From Dongiaceae bacterium (GTDB lineage Bacteria; Pseudomonadota; Alphaproteobacteria; Dongiales; Dongiaceae): a stretch of DNA of 17,652 bases. A model generated the notes under the pieces. The model worked only from the letters and a program-made list of their open reading frames with translations. It was not told where the DNA came from and did not search any database. The translations under genes and the position numbers were made by a program. The stretch lies in assembly GCA_036270995.1 (NCBI GenBank), contig DATBBO010000676.1, positions 1-17,652 of the forward strand. The letters run 5' to 3'. Positions 15,311-17,652 of the stretch are shown piece by piece (position 1 is the stretch's first letter; every line of letters begins with the position of its first letter).

Positions 15311-15477
15311 TGGGGAACCCGCTCCTAGATAGACTGCGCGCGGCTTCGCCGCCATGCACGGCCGATCACGTTCCGGCGAGGGGCAACCGAAGGGGCATCG
15401 AGCGATGCTCGCAACACGCGCAGGAATGAATGCCTTGCCCCGTGGATAGCTCATCTGCATCAACCTCGGAGACTTAC

Positions 15478-16032
15478 ATGTATCGCAAGGGACTTCTCGC
15501 TGCCGCCGCCATCTCGCTCGTCTGCGCGACCGCGGCGATGGCGGATTCGACGACGAGCGGCAGCGGCCCCGCGCCGGGCAAGAGCTGGCACCGGCATTCC
15601 ATCTCCATGCGGGATCCGGATTTCGCCAAGAATATGTGCATCGAGCATTTCGCCCGTTCGGCTGGACGGCTTGCCTATCTGGAAGCCAAGCTCCAGCTCA
15701 CCACGGATCAGCAGCCGCTGTGGAACAAATGGGCGGATGCAACCTCGGCCGGCAATGCGACGATGCGCGATGACTGCATCGCGGCCGTGCCCGCGAAGGA
15801 GACGCCGAAGACGGCGCTCGATCGCGACAGCACGGTCGAGAAGCTGCTCTCGGACAAGCTGGACGCATTGAAGACCGCGCGCCCGGCGCTGGAGGCGCTT
15901 TACCAGTCGCTGACGCCGGAGCAGCGCGTGGCTTTCGACCGCAGCACGCAGCTCGGCCATCGGATGGGCGGCCACAAATGGCGCCATCACGGCCAGGAAG
16001 GCGACCAGGAGCGGGGGATGTCCCCGACCTGA
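15478..16032 (+). CDS. Spy/CpxP-family periplasmic protein (LTxxQ motif)
   Basis: The track ORF starts at 15430. ATG 15478, with GGAG 6 nt upstream, gives the signal peptide MYRKGLLAAAAISLVCATAAMA. Two LTxxQ motifs (LQLTTDQQPLWNKW, LTPEQRVAFD) and a His-rich C-terminus. Confidence 0.8.
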   Translation: MYRKGLLAAAAISLVCATAAMADSTTSGSGPAPGKSWHRHSISMRDPDFAKNMCIEHFARSAGRLAYLEAKLQLTTDQQPLWNKWADATSAGNATMRDDCIAAVPAKETPKTALDRDSTVEKLLSDKLDALKTARPALEALYQSLTPEQRVAFDRSTQLGHRMGGHKWRHHGQEGDQERGMSPT

Positions 16033-16052
16033 GCGCAAGCAGGCAGAATCGG

Positions 16053-16084
16053 AAGCGCCTCGCGGATTCACCCGCGAGGCGCTT
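16053..16084. terminator. Perfect 13-bp stem hairpin between convergent genes (bidirectional terminator candidate)
   Basis: AAGCGCCTCGCGG (16053-16065), loop ATTCAC, then CCGCGAGGCGCTT (16072-16084). It lies 21 nt after the Spy-like stop and 13 nt after the azoR stop. It lacks an extended U-tract. Confidence 0.65.
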
Positions 16085-16096
16085 GCCGGCAGATCT

Positions 16097-16714
16097 TCAC
16101 GCCGCCTTGGGCAGCAGGCCGCTGAACGAGGCGCGCGCCGTCTCGAGCGCCTTCGCCGCATGCTCGGGCATGGCGAGACCCTCGGCATAGATGAAGGAGA
16201 CATCCGTCAAGCCGATGAAGCCGAGCACGCCCCGCAGATAGGGCTCGTGGAAATCCATGCTCTTGCCAGGGCCCTGGGTATAGACGCCGCCGCGGGCCGT
16301 CACGATGAAGACCTTCTTGCCGCGGAGCAGGCCCTCTGGCCCATTTGCGCCGTAGCGGAAGGTGCGCCCCGCCCGGACGACGTGATCGATCCAGGCCTTG
16401 AGGGCCGACGGCACGGAGAAATTGTACATGGGCGCGCCGATCACGATGACATCGGCTGCTTCCAGCTCCTCGATCAGGCGATCGGCAAGCGCCGCAGCCT
16501 CGGCCTGTTCCGGCGAGCGCTGCTCGACCGGCGTCATTGCCGCGCCGACCACGGTGCCGGTGACATGGGGCACGGCGTCGGCCACGAGATCGCGCTCGAC
16601 CACCTGGGTACCGGGGTGACGGCGCGTCCAGACCTCGACGAACTCGCGGCCCAGCGCCCGGGACTTGGAATTCTCCCCGAGGATGCTCGAGGTGACGAAG
16701 AGAAGCTTGCTCAT
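16097..16714 (-). CDS. azoR: FMN-dependent NADH:quinone/azo oxidoreductase (AzoR/AcpD family)
   Basis: MSKLLFVTSSILGENSKSRALGREFVEVW..., GAPMYNFSVPSALKAWIDHVVRAGRTF.Y and a length near 205 aa are typical of AzoR. The second ATG (16714) is preferred because GGAG lies 7 nt upstream. The track start is 16720. Confidence 0.9.
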   Translation of the reverse strand: MSKLLFVTSSILGENSKSRALGREFVEVWTRRHPGTQVVERDLVADAVPHVTGTVVGAAMTPVEQRSPEQAEAAALADRLIEELEAADVIVIGAPMYNFSVPSALKAWIDHVVRAGRTFRYGANGPEGLLRGKKVFIVTARGGVYTQGPGKSMDFHEPYLRGVLGFIGLTDVSFIYAEGLAMPEHAAKALETARASFSGLLPKAA

Positions 16715-16816
16715 GGCCATGCTCCGATCAAATAAGAGAGGCGCCCCTTGCGCCGCCGCCCCAAAAGATCGGGCTTCATATCCATCAGCGGAATTGCTAA
16801 AATATGGATCAGTCCC

Positions 16817-16831
16817 ATCTATTGGATAGAT
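16817..16831. promoter_or_regulatory. LysR-type T-N11-A dyad (ATCTAT-TGG-ATAGAT)
   Basis: Perfect interrupted palindrome ATCTATTGGATAGAT. The T at position 2 and A at position 14 give T-N11-A. It ends 5 bp upstream of the LysR start codon, inside the azoR/lysR divergent region. A second dyad, ATCCAT (16780-16785)/ATGGAT (16804-16809), lies upstream. Confidence 0.5.
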
Positions 16832-16836
16832 AGATC

Positions 16837-17652
16837 ATGCTGGAGCCAGTCACCCTCGATCAACTCCGGGTCCTGATGGCCATCGCCGAGACGGGCAGCT
16901 TCTCCGCGGCGGCACGCCATCTGAAGCGGGCCCAGTCGGCGGTCAGCCACGCAGTCATGGCCCTGGAGCAGGCCCTGCGGGTCGAGCTGTTCGACCGCAG
17001 CGGCCGGGTGCCGAAACTGACGGAGGCCGGGCGGGTCCTGCTGGGCGACGCCACGGCCGTTGTCGGCCAGGCGGAGGCGCTGCGCAGCCGGGCGCAGAAC
17101 ATGGCGGAGGGAATCGAACCGGAGCTGAGCCTGGCGGTGGCGGAGATGTTTCCGACCGATGCGCTGATCGAGGCCATCCGCGCGCTCCAGGCCGCCTTTC
17201 CCCGGCTGCCGATCACGCTGCACACCGAGAGCATCGGGACGGTGGAGACCCGGGTGCGGGAGGGAACAGTGCTCTTCGGCATCTGCCCGGACCTGACCTA
17301 CAGCACCAATGACGGGCTGGAGCGACGCTTCCTGACCAAGATCACCCTGGTCTCGGTCGTGGCGGCGGAGCATCCGCTGGCGGCATATCCGGGGCCGATC
17401 CCGATCAAGGAGCTGGAGCGTCATGTCCAGCTCGTCCTCTCCGAGCGCGACTGGCTGGTCGCCCGCGCCAAGGGCAAGCCCGTTTCCAACGTCCTGCGCG
17501 GCGTCGTCAGCCCCCATGCCTGGCGTTTCGTCGACCTGGCGACGCGCTACAGCTTCCTCAAAGCCGGGCTTGGCTTCTGCAACATGCCTCTCCACATGGT
17601 CGCAGCGGATATCGAGGCCGGGCGGCTGAAGCGGATCGAGGTCGAGGGCTGG
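16837..17652 (+). CDS. LysR-family transcriptional regulator (3' end beyond window)
   Basis: Absent from the ORF track because it has no stop in the window. My translation from ATG 16837 reads MLEPVTLDQLRVLMAIAETGSFSAAARHLKRAQSAVSHAVMALEQALRVELFDRSGRVPKLTEAGRVLL..., a canonical LysR wHTH followed by a substrate-binding domain. It stays open and in frame to 17652 (272 codons). Divergent from azoR. Confidence 0.9.
   Translation, partial: MLEPVTLDQLRVLMAIAETGSFSAAARHLKRAQSAVSHAVMALEQALRVELFDRSGRVPKLTEAGRVLLGDATAVVGQAEALRSRAQNMAEGIEPELSLAVAEMFPTDALIEAIRALQAAFPRLPITLHTESIGTVETRVREGTVLFGICPDLTYSTNDGLERRFLTKITLVSVVAAEHPLAAYPGPIPIKELERHVQLVLSERDWLVARAKGKPVSNVLRGVVSPHAWRFVDLATRYSFLKAGLGFCNMPLHMVAADIEAGRLKRIEVEGW

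Noticed and set aside
14239-15429. 396-aa plus-strand ORF and 307-aa minus-strand ORF (14348-15271) overlapping the msrQ-like gene
   Set aside because: Both are extremely R/P/G/A-rich with no TM or domain pattern. The 14422-15282 frame gives a coherent six-plus-helix MsrQ-like protein with the conserved histidines.
16819-17595. 258-aa minus-strand ORF
   Set aside because: It is antisense to an unmistakable LysR-family gene (wHTH at the N-terminus) that the track omits only because its stop lies beyond the window.
1-17652. Search for a LuxI-type synthase, CRISPR repeats, tRNA/rRNA genes, IS elements, integrases, toxin-antitoxin pairs or defence-system genes
   Set aside because: No ORF or repeat pattern in either strand supports any of these. 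All sizeable intergenic regions are under 220 bp and are explained by promoters or terminators.

Overview
GC-rich (about two-thirds G+C by eye, strong GC3 bias) chromosomal window. Gene content looks alphaproteobacterial, but taxonomy cannot be fixed from sequence alone. I support 17 protein-coding genes, two of them truncated by the window edges and one apparently frameshifted. I saw no rRNA, tRNA, CRISPR array, IS element or phage genes.

Layout:
(a) 1-4029, minus strand: a probable operon of two tandem proline-iminopeptidase paralogs, a family-5 peptide/nickel-type ABC substrate-binding protein, and the start of a DppC/OppC-like permease. It is transcribed divergently from a LuxR-family regulator with an autoinducer-binding-type N-domain (4229-5035). 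No luxI is present in the window.
(b) 5133-5638: a frameshifted glycine-zipper lipoprotein gene.
(c) 5810-10622, plus strand: an ABC importer operon (binding protein, ATPase, two permeases) ending in a glycerophosphodiester phosphodiesterase.
(d) 10685-14206, minus strand: a translationally coupled pqiA-pqiB-pqiC operon.
(e) 14422-17652: a solitary MsrQ/YedZ-like heme-b membrane protein, a Spy/CpxP-family periplasmic protein, an FMN azoreductase (azoR) and a divergent LysR regulator.

The most interesting part is (a). It has the architecture of the plant-responsive LuxR-solo/pip loci (XccR, OryR, PsoR, NesR, PipR type). Here pip is tandemly duplicated and the ligand pocket carries F and W at the TraR W57/Y61 positions.

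Secondary curiosities:
- a three-step ATGA start/stop ladder of 14-nt repeats at the msrQ-like start
- a perfect 12-bp inverted repeat between the binding-protein and permease genes
- a single-base frameshift in the lipoprotein gene
- a clean T-N11-A dyad in front of the LysR gene

The many long ORFs on the opposite strands are high-GC antisense artefacts.
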